Positions 29,271 to 40,130 are shown, numbered from the stretch's first letter. The stretch: 64,000 nucleotides of DNA from Candidatus Latescibacterota bacterium (GCA_963662665.2 CAXXJS010000037.1:47860-111859), one strand, 5' to 3'. Numbers and translations are program-made. Notes: generated by a model not told the origin, from the letters alone.

Positions 29271-30206
29271 TTATTCCTTTTCCACCTTGTCCAGCTTCCG
29301 TTCGTAGGAAAGGTCGATTTCGGCGCGGATATTGTCCACGGGCTTCCGATGGTCTACTCGCCGTACCGCAGGGCGTGTAAGGTTCGTCCGTACTTTGTGG
29401 GAGACTACGAAGCCGCGTGTGGCGTCGACGACCCAGGTACCCTTACCTTTTCCGGTCCCGTCGACGACCAGCTGCAGGGAGCCAACGTTGACGGGCGCTC
29501 TGAAACGGACCGTTCTGTCTTCCTCGAATGTGACGATTTTATTTCCCTTCTTGGTGGAAACATTCTTCACCTTGTATGTACTCTTGATTTCAACAATGGC
29601 ATGGTCATCGAGCATCATTACCGGGGTTTTGAAATTCACTTCGCCGGACCAGGTGTCGCCGGGGCCAACCGGGTTTTCAGGAAGGAACGGCTTAAGTTCG
29701 GGAGTCCAGATCTGCCATAGATCCGTCAGTATGTCAGGACGGTTGAGGTCTCGCGCGGAATTGTTGCTTGATTGGCGCTGAACCGTTCCGTCTGACGAGA
29801 GAAACCATGTAAGTTCCCAATCGTCCAACTGCTCGAGGGTATAGGGAAACTGGTCGTGCGTAAGGCGTTTGTTCTCGAAGAAAAAGCCATTGACGGCCTT
29901 GTTTACGGTTGCGACGAGGCGCGTGGCATTATCGTCGGATTCACCGTTCGTGCCCGCATGGACGACTTCCCGGCTTCGCCATTCGCCCCTGATCTCGCCC
30001 GACGTAAATCCGCGCTGCGTGCGTCCGGGCACGATGACTTCCGCGCGGTCGCTTTTGAAGGCGAATGAATATTTATGTTTATACTTGATGGTACGACCGT
30101 CCGGATAGGTGAGCCGAAGGGTGACTTTCTCCCTGGCATGGATGGAAGCGCCGAATGACAACAGCAAAACAAGACACGGGACCAGGTATCCGGTAGCAGA
30201 TTTCAT
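29271..30206 (-). CDS. Secreted hypothetical protein
   Basis: AGGAGG RBS before ATG 30206; signal peptide MKSATGYLVPCLVLLLSFGASIHA; LPENPVGPGDTW motif; beta-rich. Confidence 0.75.
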   Translation of the reverse strand: MKSATGYLVPCLVLLLSFGASIHAREKVTLRLTYPDGRTIKYKHKYSFAFKSDRAEVIVPGRTQRGFTSGEIRGEWRSREVVHAGTNGESDDNATRLVATVNKAVNGFFFENKRLTHDQFPYTLEQLDDWELTWFLSSDGTVQRQSSNNSARDLNRPDILTDLWQIWTPELKPFLPENPVGPGDTWSGEVNFKTPVMMLDDHAIVEIKSTYKVKNVSTKKGNKIVTFEEDRTVRFRAPVNVGSLQLVVDGTGKGKGTWVVDATRGFVVSHKVRTNLTRPAVRRVDHRKPVDNIRAEIDLSYERKLDKVEKE

Positions 30207-30235
30207 AGAACAATCCTCCTGTGTAACAATCCGGC

Positions 30236-31489
30236 TTATTTGAAAAGAAGCCCGAGATAAAAGACGGGGCTGAAGAGTTTCTTCTTTGGAACCGCGTTGG
30301 CGATCATTCCGGTAATAAGATCGCTGATCTGTGGATTTCGTGCCGCCTTTTGAATGACCAGATTGAGCAGGGGCCGCCAGCGGCCCAGGTCCTGCAGGCG
30401 CTTGCTGGTTCTGAGTTCGTCGCCAATGGCGTCCCAGAGACGGTCTTCGTAACGGCTCAAAAAGCGGTCGCTGAAGTCGTTCGCCGTTTTGGCTTCGGCG
30501 GCCACCTGCGCGGCGAAACGCGCGGCGTACAGGGCGTTGCCGATGCCTTCCCCGGTGAAGGGGTCGATCAGCCCCGCGGCGTCGCCAAGAAGCATGTAAC
30601 CGTTGCCATAGCTTTTCCTGCGGATGCTGCCGATGGGCAGGTTCCATCCGATGGGTTCTTCCAGGGCGCGTGCATTGGCAAAACGCCGGTCGAAGGGCGG
30701 GCGGCTGATCACTTTCTGAAGCGCATCCTTCAGATTGACTCTACGGCGCTTGAGGCTGCTGTGCAGCATGCCGATGCCGACGTTCGCATAGCCGTTCTCG
30801 AGGGGAAAGGCCCAGAAGTATCCCGGCAGGACTTCATTGACGAAGTGCAGTTCGATCTGGTCCTTCAGTCCCGTCACGTTCTCGTAGTAACAACGCAGCG
30901 CCACAACCCAGTGCCGGCCGTCGTGGCGATATTGCCCGGTTCGGCGGGCGACGATGGAGTTGAAGCCGTCGCAGCCCAGGACCAGGTTGGCACGATAAGT
31001 GCGCTGCTGTCCATTGGTGCTGCCGGTTACGCCCGTGACGGTTCCGTTTTCCCGGACAAGATCCTTAACCGTAAACCCCTCGATGCAGGAATCGACGGAT
31101 TCTCGGGCCTCGCCGAACAGAAAGGCGTCGAAAACCGTCCGGCGGATGACAAACCCCTCCATGGGGAGATCCCGCCCGGTACCGACGTCGTGAAGGGTAT
31201 GCCGCTCCAGGTCGATCCAGGCATCCACGTGATTCGGGCTGCTGAAGACGATTTTATTGATGAACGCGCCGGGCAAATGCCGGATCTTTTCAAGCAGGCC
31301 GAGTTCGAGCAGTATGGCAACTGCTTTTCCCGACAGGGCGTCGCCGCAGACTTTGTCTCGCGGGAAGGTGGACTTGTCCAGCAACAGTGTCTTGAGACCG
31401 TGTCGGGCAGCGTACAGGGCGGCTGCCGATCCCGCGGGGCCTGCGCCCACGATGATCAAATCATAGGTCGTTCGTTGAGGGTCCGACAT
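30236..31489 (-). CDS. Geranylgeranyl reductase family FAD-dependent oxidoreductase
   Basis: DLIIVGAGPAGS, FPRDKVCGD, GYFWAFP, LLGDAAGLIDPFTGEGIGNA. Confidence 0.92.
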   Translation of the reverse strand: MSDPQRTTYDLIIVGAGPAGSAAALYAARHGLKTLLLDKSTFPRDKVCGDALSGKAVAILLELGLLEKIRHLPGAFINKIVFSSPNHVDAWIDLERHTLHDVGTGRDLPMEGFVIRRTVFDAFLFGEARESVDSCIEGFTVKDLVRENGTVTGVTGSTNGQQRTYRANLVLGCDGFNSIVARRTGQYRHDGRHWVVALRCYYENVTGLKDQIELHFVNEVLPGYFWAFPLENGYANVGIGMLHSSLKRRRVNLKDALQKVISRPPFDRRFANARALEEPIGWNLPIGSIRRKSYGNGYMLLGDAAGLIDPFTGEGIGNALYAARFAAQVAAEAKTANDFSDRFLSRYEDRLWDAIGDELRTSKRLQDLGRWRPLLNLVIQKAARNPQISDLITGMIANAVPKKKLFSPVFYLGLLFK

Positions 31490-31551
31490 AGAGTCTCTGG
31501 ATCACGACGGCGAAAGATTCAAACTGCGGTACCTGTTAACATATCCTTATC

Positions 31552-33780
31552 GTGCGGATGCGTCAAGCGAGAAAACCTGCCGACGAGGGCCGGGAGAACG
31601 GGGCATTGAGCAAAAAACGTTCGCGACATTCGAAACGGCAACGATCAGCCGGTTTCCGCAACCCCGCCAGCGTCGCTGCCGTGTTTCTGGGGCTTCACGT
31701 CCTTCTCGCCTTCTGGCGTCCCAACCCCTTCTGGGGCGCAGATTTCCTTTACTACCATTCCAATTCAGTCCGGGCAACTTTCGTAATGCTTGCCGTACTC
31801 GTTTTCGTCCCGCGGGTGCGTGCCCGGGTCCACGCATTGCTCGCGACGCTTCCTGTTGCCCTCTGGGGTAGCGGCGCCCGCGCCTGGCTGGCGCGCTCTC
31901 TGGTGATCCTCCTTGCGCTCGCGGGTTTTTATTGGTTGCAATCCGCGCGGCACCTTCTGGGCGACGGGTACCTTTACCTGCGGGAATTGGACGCCGGAAT
32001 CTGGCAACGCGTGGATCGTGCGCCCCTCACCTTCGCGCTGATTCGAGTCCTGCATCGTGCCGGCGCCGATGTGTGGCATACCGCCGAGAACACGTACCGT
32101 GTCTACAGCTATGCCTCGGGTCTCCTGTACGTCCTGCTCGCTTTCGCCACGGCCGGCGCTCTTGGCAGGAATGACCGCGAAAAATCCATTGTGTTCGCCT
32201 TCCTCGTTACCGCCGGATACGTACAACTCTTCTTCGGTTACGTGGAAAATTACGCTTTCTACATGCCGGCCAGTCTGCTCTATCTGCTGGCCGGCCTTCG
32301 ATACCTGGCTAACCGTGCGCCACTTTTTGTACCTGCGCTGGTGCTGGGACTGCTCGTCCCGTTCCACTTCCTGTTTATTCTCTTCGCGCCTTCCCTTCTA
32401 ATCCTCGCCTGCTACGGGTATCGGCGCAGGGAGACCTCAACGCGGCGATGGAGCAATGTCGCGGCAAATCTGGCGGCGTTGTGCTCGGCTCCGCTCGCCG
32501 CCGTGCTGGTCTTCTGGTTGGCCGGCTTTGACTTCGGCGCTTTTATGGAGCGGACCGGCGGAAAACACCACATCCTCCCCTTTATTTCGAAACCGGGTTT
32601 TTACGTGCCCTACCGCATCTTCTCCATCTCACATTTATTGGATTTCGTCAACCTGCAAATCCTCTCGGCCCCCGCGGCGTTGATGGCGCTGTTCGTGTTC
32701 GGCAGGAAAGACTTTCAATACCATCCCTTTCTCCTGGCCGCGGCCGCCGTCCCGCTCGTCTTTACGTTCATTGCCAACCCCGAGATCGGCGCTTTCAGGG
32801 ACTGGGACATTCTGGCGCTACCTGCCCTTCCCCTCACCCTCTGGGCCGCAGCGGCGCTACTGAAATTCCGCGAACGGGCGGAACCCCGTTCGCGTAACGT
32901 ATCCTTGATTTGCGCAGCAGCCGCACTGCACACCGTGTTATGGATTGGCGTAAACGCCAACCCCGTGACCGCAGAGGCGCGATACACACACCTCACGGGC
33001 CGGCTGAGCGGCCATGCCGCCTCATACGGTTGGGAAACGCTCGGTACCTATCACAGGCTTCAGGGAAAAACGGTACCGGCGTTGAACGCCTACAGGCGCG
33101 CGCTCGACGCGAATCCAAAGAACCCCAGACACTGGCTGTCGGTGGGGATCAGCTACTGCGACCTCGGCCATGCGGAGCGCGGGATCGACTACCTCAGAAA
33201 AGCAATTGAGATACAACCGGACCTCGCGGATGCGCATATCAATCTGGGCGCCGCCTATCTGGGAACCGGGCGCCACGGGTCTGCGATCGACCACCTTGAG
33301 AGAGCCGTTGAACTCCAACCCGGCGCCGCGATTACATATGTCAACCTCGGCGCCGCCTACAACGAGACGGGCAGGCACGGCGAAGCCCTTAAACCTCTCA
33401 AAAAGGCTCTTGAAATACGACCCGGACACGCAGGGGCGCATGTCAATCTCGGCGCGGCCTACCATGGTCTCCGCCGGCACGAGGAAGCCGTTGAACACCT
33501 CAAGAAAGCACTGGAACTCCAGCCCGCACTGGCCACCGCGCAAACCTACCTGAACATCGGCGGTACGTACCACAGCATGGGTCAGTTCGAAAAGGCGATT
33601 CCATATCTTCAGAAAGCCATTCAAATCAACCCCCGGCTCCCAAACGCCTACTTCAACCTGGGCCTGGCCTACGGCGCTCTGAATCGCATGGAGGAAGCCA
33701 GGGCCAACCTGCGAAAAGTCCTGGAACTGAATCCCGACGATCCCCAGGCGCCAATGATCAGGCAATTGCTAAAAGAGTAA
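31552..33780 (+). CDS. Multi-pass membrane protein with C-terminal TPR array (GT-C/TMTC-like architecture)
   Basis: About 12 TM segments with LLGDG, FFGYVENY and RDWD motifs, then about 7 canonical TPRs; start uncertain. Confidence 0.8.
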   Translation: MRMRQARKPADEGRENGALSKKRSRHSKRQRSAGFRNPASVAAVFLGLHVLLAFWRPNPFWGADFLYYHSNSVRATFVMLAVLVFVPRVRARVHALLATLPVALWGSGARAWLARSLVILLALAGFYWLQSARHLLGDGYLYLRELDAGIWQRVDRAPLTFALIRVLHRAGADVWHTAENTYRVYSYASGLLYVLLAFATAGALGRNDREKSIVFAFLVTAGYVQLFFGYVENYAFYMPASLLYLLAGLRYLANRAPLFVPALVLGLLVPFHFLFILFAPSLLILACYGYRRRETSTRRWSNVAANLAALCSAPLAAVLVFWLAGFDFGAFMERTGGKHHILPFISKPGFYVPYRIFSISHLLDFVNLQILSAPAALMALFVFGRKDFQYHPFLLAAAAVPLVFTFIANPEIGAFRDWDILALPALPLTLWAAAALLKFRERAEPRSRNVSLICAAAALHTVLWIGVNANPVTAEARYTHLTGRLSGHAASYGWETLGTYHRLQGKTVPALNAYRRALDANPKNPRHWLSVGISYCDLGHAERGIDYLRKAIEIQPDLADAHINLGAAYLGTGRHGSAIDHLERAVELQPGAAITYVNLGAAYNETGRHGEALKPLKKALEIRPGHAGAHVNLGAAYHGLRRHEEAVEHLKKALELQPALATAQTYLNIGGTYHSMGQFEKAIPYLQKAIQINPRLPNAYFNLGLAYGALNRMEEARANLRKVLELNPDDPQAPMIRQLLKE

Positions 33781-34032
33781 GCTGTCAGCCTTCAGCTAAG
33801 AGCAAAAGGCGAGACCTACCCCCTGGCCCCCTTCCCAGGGGAAGGGGGGAACTGTCATCAAGTGAAGACATCTCGCTTTGCTCCCCCGCTCCCTTGGGAG
33901 AGGGGGCCGGGGAGAGAGGTCTGCGCCACCGGTGCAAATGTTGGGGCAGACATTGTGGTTGCCCTCATAGTGGCGCAGAATTCGATCGCCATTGCACATC
34001 GTTTGTAGGGGCGGCCGGCCGGTCGCCCCTAC
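33781..34032. repeat. Composite repeat: heptamers + paired hairpin element (33811-33922) + REPs
   Basis: gctgtcagccttcagctaag; gagacctaccccc...ggggagagaggtct; degenerate REP 33940-33966; REP gtaggggcggccggccggtcgcccctac 34005-34032. Confidence 0.75.
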
Positions 34033-34193
34033 GAAAACGGGCATCCGTGAAGTGATGTCGTCAGGCCGTATCGTAGACCGGGTTTAGCCGATAGCCGACA
34101 GCAGTTTTGATGTTATTCCTTTGTGTCCTTGTGTCTCCGTGTGAGCCGAACTTCGTTTTCGCTGACGGCTAACAGCTGTTTATCCTGACACTG

Positions 34194-35033
34194 GTGGTTT
34201 TCTTGGACCGAATCTATTTCATCTCCGACGTCCATATCGGCGCGCCCGACATCGGGGACGGCGCCCGAGAGCGGGAAGACGTCCTTATTGACTTCCTCAA
34301 GTCCATCCGCCCCTGTGCACGAGCGCTTTATATCGTCGGCGACCTGTTTGACTTCTGGTTTGAATACCGCACGACGGTCCCGTCGAACGGCGCCCGGGTC
34401 CTTTTCGAACTCTACAACCTGGTTGAGTCCGGCGCGCGTGTGATCTACCTGCCAGGTAATCACGACCTCTGGCCCGGCGAATACTTCTCCGGACAGCTCG
34501 GCGTTGAACTGCCGGGCGGGCCGATTACCGTGAGTCATCAGGGACTCAAGATCCACATTGCCCACGGAGACGAAATCCGGACCGACTGGCGGTTCCGCAT
34601 GAGTCGCGGCATCCTGAAAAACCGATTCTGCATGAGCCTGTTCCGCCTGATCCACCCGGACCTTGGGGCTGTCCTTGCCAGGTATACGTCCCGCCTCTCC
34701 GAGTACCGAATCCGGAGGCGCGGTTCAGGTAACCGGGATATTCTCTATAAGGCCGCGCGAGAGAAAATCGCACAGGGCGTCGACGTCGTGATCCATGGCC
34801 ACTACCACTTCTCTCTGCACGCCCGCGTGGGCGGTCCGGCAGACGGTCAGGCAGATCCGACGATGCGTCCCCGGGATGATGCCCGAGCCGAACGCAGCGG
34901 CGAACTCGTCGTCCTGGGCGACTGGATTCAGAAATGCACGTATGCGGTATTGGAAAACGGGAAAATCCGGCTTGAGAAATGGGAAAAGCGTGTACTTTCC
35001 GAGCCGGTGACCGGGCCGGAGGAAACAGATTAG
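34194..35033 (+). CDS. lpxH: UDP-2,3-diacylglucosamine diphosphatase (LpxH-like metallophosphoesterase)
   Basis: FISDVHIG, VGDLFDFWFEY, PGNHD, AHGD, HGHYH, LGDW. Confidence 0.85.
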   Translation: MVFLDRIYFISDVHIGAPDIGDGAREREDVLIDFLKSIRPCARALYIVGDLFDFWFEYRTTVPSNGARVLFELYNLVESGARVIYLPGNHDLWPGEYFSGQLGVELPGGPITVSHQGLKIHIAHGDEIRTDWRFRMSRGILKNRFCMSLFRLIHPDLGAVLARYTSRLSEYRIRRRGSGNRDILYKAAREKIAQGVDVVIHGHYHFSLHARVGGPADGQADPTMRPRDDARAERSGELVVLGDWIQKCTYAVLENGKIRLEKWEKRVLSEPVTGPEETD

Positions 35034-35096
35034 GGAGATGGCGATGCGCCAGCGACCCATCCAAACACAATTGCACCATCCGCACCGGGCGTCTCA

Positions 35097-36587
35097 ATGA
35101 TTCTATCCATCGACCAGGGCACCACGGGCACAACCGTGCTCGTTATCAATCGTGAAGGTGACGTTGCCGGCCGCGCTTATGCGGAATTCAGGCAGATTTA
35201 CCCCCAACCCGGTTGGGTTTCTCACGATGCGGAGGAGATCTGGCGCTCCACCGCTGGCGTGATTGCCGAGGCGATCCGCAACGCGGGCGTGCGCCTGACA
35301 TGTATTGCGGGTGTCGGGATAACCAACCAGCGGGAAACCACCGTCATATGGGACCGCCGCACAGGTGAACCGGTGCACGACGCCATTGTGTGGCAATGTC
35401 GCCGGACCGCCGACATTTGCAGGCGCTACCAGGAACGGGGTCTTGAAGAAGTGGTCCGCGAAAAGACCGGCCTCGTCATAGACGCCTACTTTTCCGCCAC
35501 CAAAATCGTCTGGCTCCTGGAAAACGTCCCCGGACTCCGTCGCCGGGCCGAAGCCGGCGACCTATGCTTCGGCACCATCGACACCTACCTCCTCCACCGT
35601 CTCACGAACGGCAAGGTTCACGCGACGGACCATACCAACGCCTCCCGCACCATGTGTTTCAATATCCACACGAAAGCGTGGGACGCGGACCTGCTGGACG
35701 TGTTCAACGTTCCGCGGGCGATCCTCCCGGAGGTCCACCCCTCCGCTCATGTGTTCGGCAATACCGCAGGCGCCGGTCCGCTTCCGGAAGGCATCCCCAT
35801 CGCGGGTATCGCTGGAGACCAGCAGGCTGCACTCTTCGGGCAGCGCGGCGTATCCGAGGGCGACGTCAAGAACACCTACGGTACCGGCTGCTTCGCCCTT
35901 TTCCACACGGGCCCGAACGCGTTTCCTTCCAGGAACGGCCTGCTCACCACGATAGCATGCGACAGCCGGGGCGGTCCCGCCTTCGCCCTGGAAGGATCGG
36001 TTTTCAGCGCCGGCTCAGCCGTTCAGTGGTTGCGCGACGGCCTCGGCCTGATCGCGCGTGCGGCCGAAACCGAAGCCCTTGCCAGATCCGTGCCGGACAA
36101 TGGCGGCGTCTACCTGGTGCCCGCATTTACGGGCCTCGGCGCGCCGTACTGGGACCCTGATGCCCGCGGGACGATCGTTGGCGTCAACCGCGGCACAGGA
36201 CGCGCCCACCTCGCGCGCGCCGCCCTGGAGTCCATCGCCTATCAAAGCGCCGCTCTCGTGGATGCGATGGCCGCCGATACGGGGCGTCCGGTCGCCGGAT
36301 TGCGCGTTGACGGCGGCGCTTCGGCGAACGATTTCCTGATGCAGTTCCAGGCAGACATCCTCGATACGCCGGTGATCCGGCCCCGCCACACGGAGACAAC
36401 CGCCCTGGGCGCCGCCATGCTGGCGGGCCTCGCGACCGGTTTCTGGACGGGACCGGACGCGCTTTCGGACCTGAACCCTCCCGAACGCACTTTCGAACCC
36501 TCCATGCCGGGAAAAAAGCGCGACGTCCTGCTCAAACGTTGGCGCCGTGCCGTACAAACCGCCAGGTACCACGGTAATCAGGAATAA
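35097..36587 (+). CDS. glpK: Glycerol kinase
   Basis: [67 protein letters not shown]. Confidence 0.97.
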   Translation: MILSIDQGTTGTTVLVINREGDVAGRAYAEFRQIYPQPGWVSHDAEEIWRSTAGVIAEAIRNAGVRLTCIAGVGITNQRETTVIWDRRTGEPVHDAIVWQCRRTADICRRYQERGLEEVVREKTGLVIDAYFSATKIVWLLENVPGLRRRAEAGDLCFGTIDTYLLHRLTNGKVHATDHTNASRTMCFNIHTKAWDADLLDVFNVPRAILPEVHPSAHVFGNTAGAGPLPEGIPIAGIAGDQQAALFGQRGVSEGDVKNTYGTGCFALFHTGPNAFPSRNGLLTTIACDSRGGPAFALEGSVFSAGSAVQWLRDGLGLIARAAETEALARSVPDNGGVYLVPAFTGLGAPYWDPDARGTIVGVNRGTGRAHLARAALESIAYQSAALVDAMAADTGRPVAGLRVDGGASANDFLMQFQADILDTPVIRPRHTETTALGAAMLAGLATGFWTGPDALSDLNPPERTFEPSMPGKKRDVLLKRWRRAVQTARYHGNQE

Positions 36588-36683
36588 AAAAAGCGATCAC
36601 ATGGATCGCTAATCGAGATAACAAAGGTCGAAAGTAGTGGTCACGTAGAATTTCCCCCACCCCCTAACTTCCCGAATTCCCTT

Positions 36684-36979
36684 GCCCTTTTTCTTTTTCG
36701 CCAAAGAAAAAGGGCCAAAAAGAACGGCGCCGCTCAGACGCCGCGGGGCTGCTTTTCCACGAATCGTCTCAAGGGAACTAAGGGACGGCATTGCCCTGAG
36801 AACGATGGGAGCGATACCGTACCAAGCTGCCGAACGGAATTACGCGGAAAAGCCCCTACCGCCCGGACCGTGCGCTTGAAGGGACCGCACGAGTTTGGAT
36901 ACGATGGTGATGTTGTACGTTAAAGCGCGGAACGCCTGGTTCTGGCCTTCGAGGTTGATGGTGAGCGGCGCGTTTTTTG
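36684..36979. other. ~300-nt highly base-paired non-coding element
   Basis: 13-bp perfect hairpin 36684-36715; long-range stem gcgccgctca 36727-36736 / tgagcggcgc 36962-36971; nested stems 36745-36758/36846-36856 and 36763-36775/36794-36806. Confidence 0.55.
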
Positions 36980-37051
36980 CCGCGAACAAAAGCCCCAACA
37001 CCACCCCCGGATGGCCATGAGGTATACTGCGAAGGCGTTTTGAACGTGTAT

Positions 37052-37414
37052 TCATGATATCAACCGAAAACTCCCGAGTTCGTTGGCCAGATTGAAGTAT
37101 TCTCGATCGTCCACGGCGTGGAGCGTTATTGCAGTAACGACACTCTTTCTCTTCAACGGGAAGAGAACGAAGTACCAAACCAGAAGACCAACAATGCCAA
37201 ATGGCCATGCGCCGGTGAGAGTCAGATAAACGGCCACGGCCATCGCGAACAATTCGAGCTTTCGAACAAACAGATTTAAAAGCAGAAAGCTCCAGGGCAG
37301 CTTCAACTCCAGCGCGCACCTGTTTCTCCACGTTACGTCGAATGCTACCTTTCCGCTATCACTCACGTGCCGGCGAAATGAATCCCAATCGAAAGAAGAC
37401 AATTGACCATCCAT
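37052..37414 (-). CDS. Small membrane hypothetical protein
   Basis: 120 aa with a central hydrophobic hairpin; starts 6 nt after the NYN stop; lower GC. Confidence 0.55.
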   Translation of the reverse strand: MDGQLSSFDWDSFRRHVSDSGKVAFDVTWRNRCALELKLPWSFLLLNLFVRKLELFAMAVAVYLTLTGAWPFGIVGLLVWYFVLFPLKRKSVVTAITLHAVDDREYFNLANELGSFRLIS

Positions 37415-37420
37415 TGCAAG

Positions 37421-38053
37421 TCAGTTTCCCCACCTTTTCGGACAACGCTGGATATGACCATCCTGCTTTTTTACTTCCAGTGGCAACCTACTCTTCCGAA
37501 ATCTGCTTTCTCTGATCGTAAATGCGTTCGTTGAAACCGTAGATAATTCGCTTGAATGTCTGCCGGGTGGGAAGGCAACAATGACTCGTTTTTGTGGATG
37601 GCGCGCAATTACTGCCGTTACCGGGGGAGAAAGATCACTGTCACCTGAGACCACTATTGCGGTGTCAAACCTGTCATCTTGCGCGTCACAGAGCAATTCA
37701 ACCGCGATCGTCACATCAGTCTTCTTTTCTTCGGCGCCGTACCACTCTGCTCCACACCGCCGGCAACGAACGGACTTATCTATATAATGGCCAAAATAAA
37801 ACTCGATACCCCCAATTGCTTCCAACGCTTCAAGGAATGTATTTTGGCGTTTCCATTTTCCCGAGTTTCCGGGTCTCTGAGATACACGTAAAGTGAAATA
37901 CTAGACCGCCTCCAACTGTTGAGAACCTTTCAGCAGGGATTGCGACAATCGCTTTAAATCAAGCCAGAGATAGCGATTATTCCACTTTTCCTTTATTCCA
38001 TAATAAAGGTTGAATCCGTCGATATATACAATAACCCGATTATTGTAACTCAT
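37421..38053 (-). pseudogene. NYN-domain (LabA/DUF88, PIN fold) RNase with one in-frame TAG
   Basis: MSYNNRVIVYIDGFNLYYG...WLDL...EAV*YFT (TAG at 37903-37901)...EEKKTDVTIA...IVVSGDSDL; the frame is otherwise intact over 211 codons. Confidence 0.85.
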
Positions 38054-38074
38054 TTTCCCTGTCATCGTTTCTTC

Positions 38075-38104
38075 TTGACAATTAGCCGGAAAGAGGTGTA
38101 TTTT
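38075..38104 (+). promoter_or_regulatory. Sigma70-like promoter divergent from the NYN gene
   Basis: TTGACA 38075-38080, 18-nt spacer, TATTTT 38099-38104. Confidence 0.6.
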
Positions 38105-38107
38105 TCA

Positions 38108-38189
38108 CGTGCTACGGCATATGTGCCCCCCGGAGGATAGTATTCTCCGGCCCGACGCCCACTGTCTTTGACGTGGGCGTTTCTTTTTT
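38108..38189 (+). ncRNA. Candidate ~80-nt structured small RNA
   Basis: Follows the promoter; gc-UACG-gc hairpin, ccggaggat/attctccgg stem 38130-38150, terminator acgcccac/gtgggcgt + ttctttttt; no + strand gene explains the terminator. Confidence 0.5.
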
Positions 38190-38324
38190 GGTTTTGACGC
38201 CTTCCGCTGCAGGCAGGCCGGAGGAGAGGTCCCCTCGACCGCGAATTGATATCGCTTGGCCATATCGAATACCGGTGGACGGGGTGTGGTCCTCTCCCTT
38301 CTAACGTCTCCCCTCTCCCCGCTT

Positions 38325-39998
38325 TTATTCGTCCGTCACGCAACCCTCGGAAGCCGTTGTCACGGTCTTGATATATTTGTAGAGCGTTCCCTGCGTGGCT
38401 TTGTATGGCGGGGCCTCCCATGCCGCACGTCGATTCGCCAGTTCCTCATTGCTCAGGTCAACGTTGATCTCGTTGGACTCGGCGTCGATTGTAATCACGT
38501 CCCCGTTCTCGACAAGGGCGACCGTGCCGCCCACCTGCGCTTCGGGCGTGATGTGTCCCACGACAAATCCGTGCGAGCCTCCGGAGAACCGTCCGTCCGT
38601 AATCAGCGCCACGTCATTGCCCAGGCCCGCTCCCATAATCACCGACGTGGGCGTGAGCATCTCAGGCATGCCAGGCCCGCCCGTAGGCCCCTCATAACGG
38701 ATAACCACCACACATCCCTTCTTCACCTCGTTTCGCTCCACTGCGCCGAGGAGATCCTCCTCGCGATCGAACACCATCGCGGGCCCTGAGAACCGCACCC
38801 CTTCCTTTCCCGTGATCTTGGCGACCGCGCCTTCCGCCGCCAGGTTTCCCCTCAGAATCCGAAGATGCCCCGTGGCCTTGATCGGCCGGTCCATCGGTCG
38901 AACGACCTGCTGTCCCTCGTCAAGCCCGGGCAACGCCGCGAGGTTTTCCCCAATCGTCTTTCCAGTTACCGTAAGACAGTCTCCATACAGAAGGCCGTTT
39001 TCCAGCAGAAGCTTCATCGCGCCCGGCGTTCCGCCCACGTTGTGCAGATCTTCCATCACATAGAGCCCGCTTGGCTTGAAGTCCGCCAACAACGGCACCC
39101 GGTCGCTCACTGCTTGAAAATCGTCGATCGAGAGCGCAACGCCCACAGACTTTGCAATCGCAACCAGATGCAGCACTGCGTTGGTCGATCCGCCGAGGGC
39201 CATCACGACCACCATCGCGTTCTCGAACGCCTCGCGGGTCATAATGTCCCGGGGTTTGATGTCCTTCTCGAGCAGGTTACGGATGGCCGCGCCGGACTGG
39301 AAGCACTCCTCCAGCTTTCCCTTGTCCACGGCCGGCGTCGAAGAACTATAAGGCAGCGACATACCCATCGCTTCGATGGCGGACGCCATCGTGTTCGCGG
39401 TGTACATACCGCCGCACGCGCCGGCCCCCGGACAGGCGTGCTGCACGACGCCCTTCCTGGCTTCCTCGTCCAGATCGCCGGCCAGGTACTCACCGTAACT
39501 CTGGAAGGCGGACACGATGTCGAGCTTCTTGTGGTCGCGGAAACCCGGTTTGATCGTACCTCCATAAATCATCAATGACGGCCGGTTCAATCGCCCCATG
39601 GCCATCACGCAGCCCGGCATGTTCTTGTCGCAACCGGGCAGGGATATATTGGCGTCGTACCACTGGGCACCCATCACCGTCTCAATCGAATCGGCGATGA
39701 GGTCCCGCGACTGAAGCGAAAAGCTCATGCCCTCCGTGCCCATGGAAATCCCGTCGCTCACGCCAATGGTGTTGAATCGCATGCCCAGCAGACCCGCCGC
39801 ATCCACGCCCTGCTTCACCTTTGCGGCGAGGTCCAGCAGGTGCATATTACAGGTGTTTCCCTCGTACCACATGCTGGCGATGCCCACCTGCGCCTTGTCC
39901 ATATCCGCTTCGGTCATTCCCGTTCCGTACAACATCGCCTGGGACGCGCCCTGGGATTTCACCTGCGTAATCCGGGAGCTGTACTTGTTCAATGCCAT
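38325..39998 (-). CDS. ilvD: Dihydroxy-acid dehydratase
   Basis: [68 protein letters not shown]. Confidence 0.97.
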   Translation of the reverse strand: MALNKYSSRITQVKSQGASQAMLYGTGMTEADMDKAQVGIASMWYEGNTCNMHLLDLAAKVKQGVDAAGLLGMRFNTIGVSDGISMGTEGMSFSLQSRDLIADSIETVMGAQWYDANISLPGCDKNMPGCVMAMGRLNRPSLMIYGGTIKPGFRDHKKLDIVSAFQSYGEYLAGDLDEEARKGVVQHACPGAGACGGMYTANTMASAIEAMGMSLPYSSSTPAVDKGKLEECFQSGAAIRNLLEKDIKPRDIMTREAFENAMVVVMALGGSTNAVLHLVAIAKSVGVALSIDDFQAVSDRVPLLADFKPSGLYVMEDLHNVGGTPGAMKLLLENGLLYGDCLTVTGKTIGENLAALPGLDEGQQVVRPMDRPIKATGHLRILRGNLAAEGAVAKITGKEGVRFSGPAMVFDREEDLLGAVERNEVKKGCVVVIRYEGPTGGPGMPEMLTPTSVIMGAGLGNDVALITDGRFSGGSHGFVVGHITPEAQVGGTVALVENGDVITIDAESNEINVDLSNEELANRRAAWEAPPYKATQGTLYKYIKTVTTASEGCVTDE

Positions 39999-40130
39999 GG
40001 GGTTCCTTTCCTGGTTGTCGCCCTGAAACCGTATTGTCCGCGGTTCCGTGTCAATTCCATTTTGTATTCGTTCAATCGAGATTTAATTTAATTGAATGCG
40101 GGACACCAGTCAACTGCCGGAAAATCGGGT

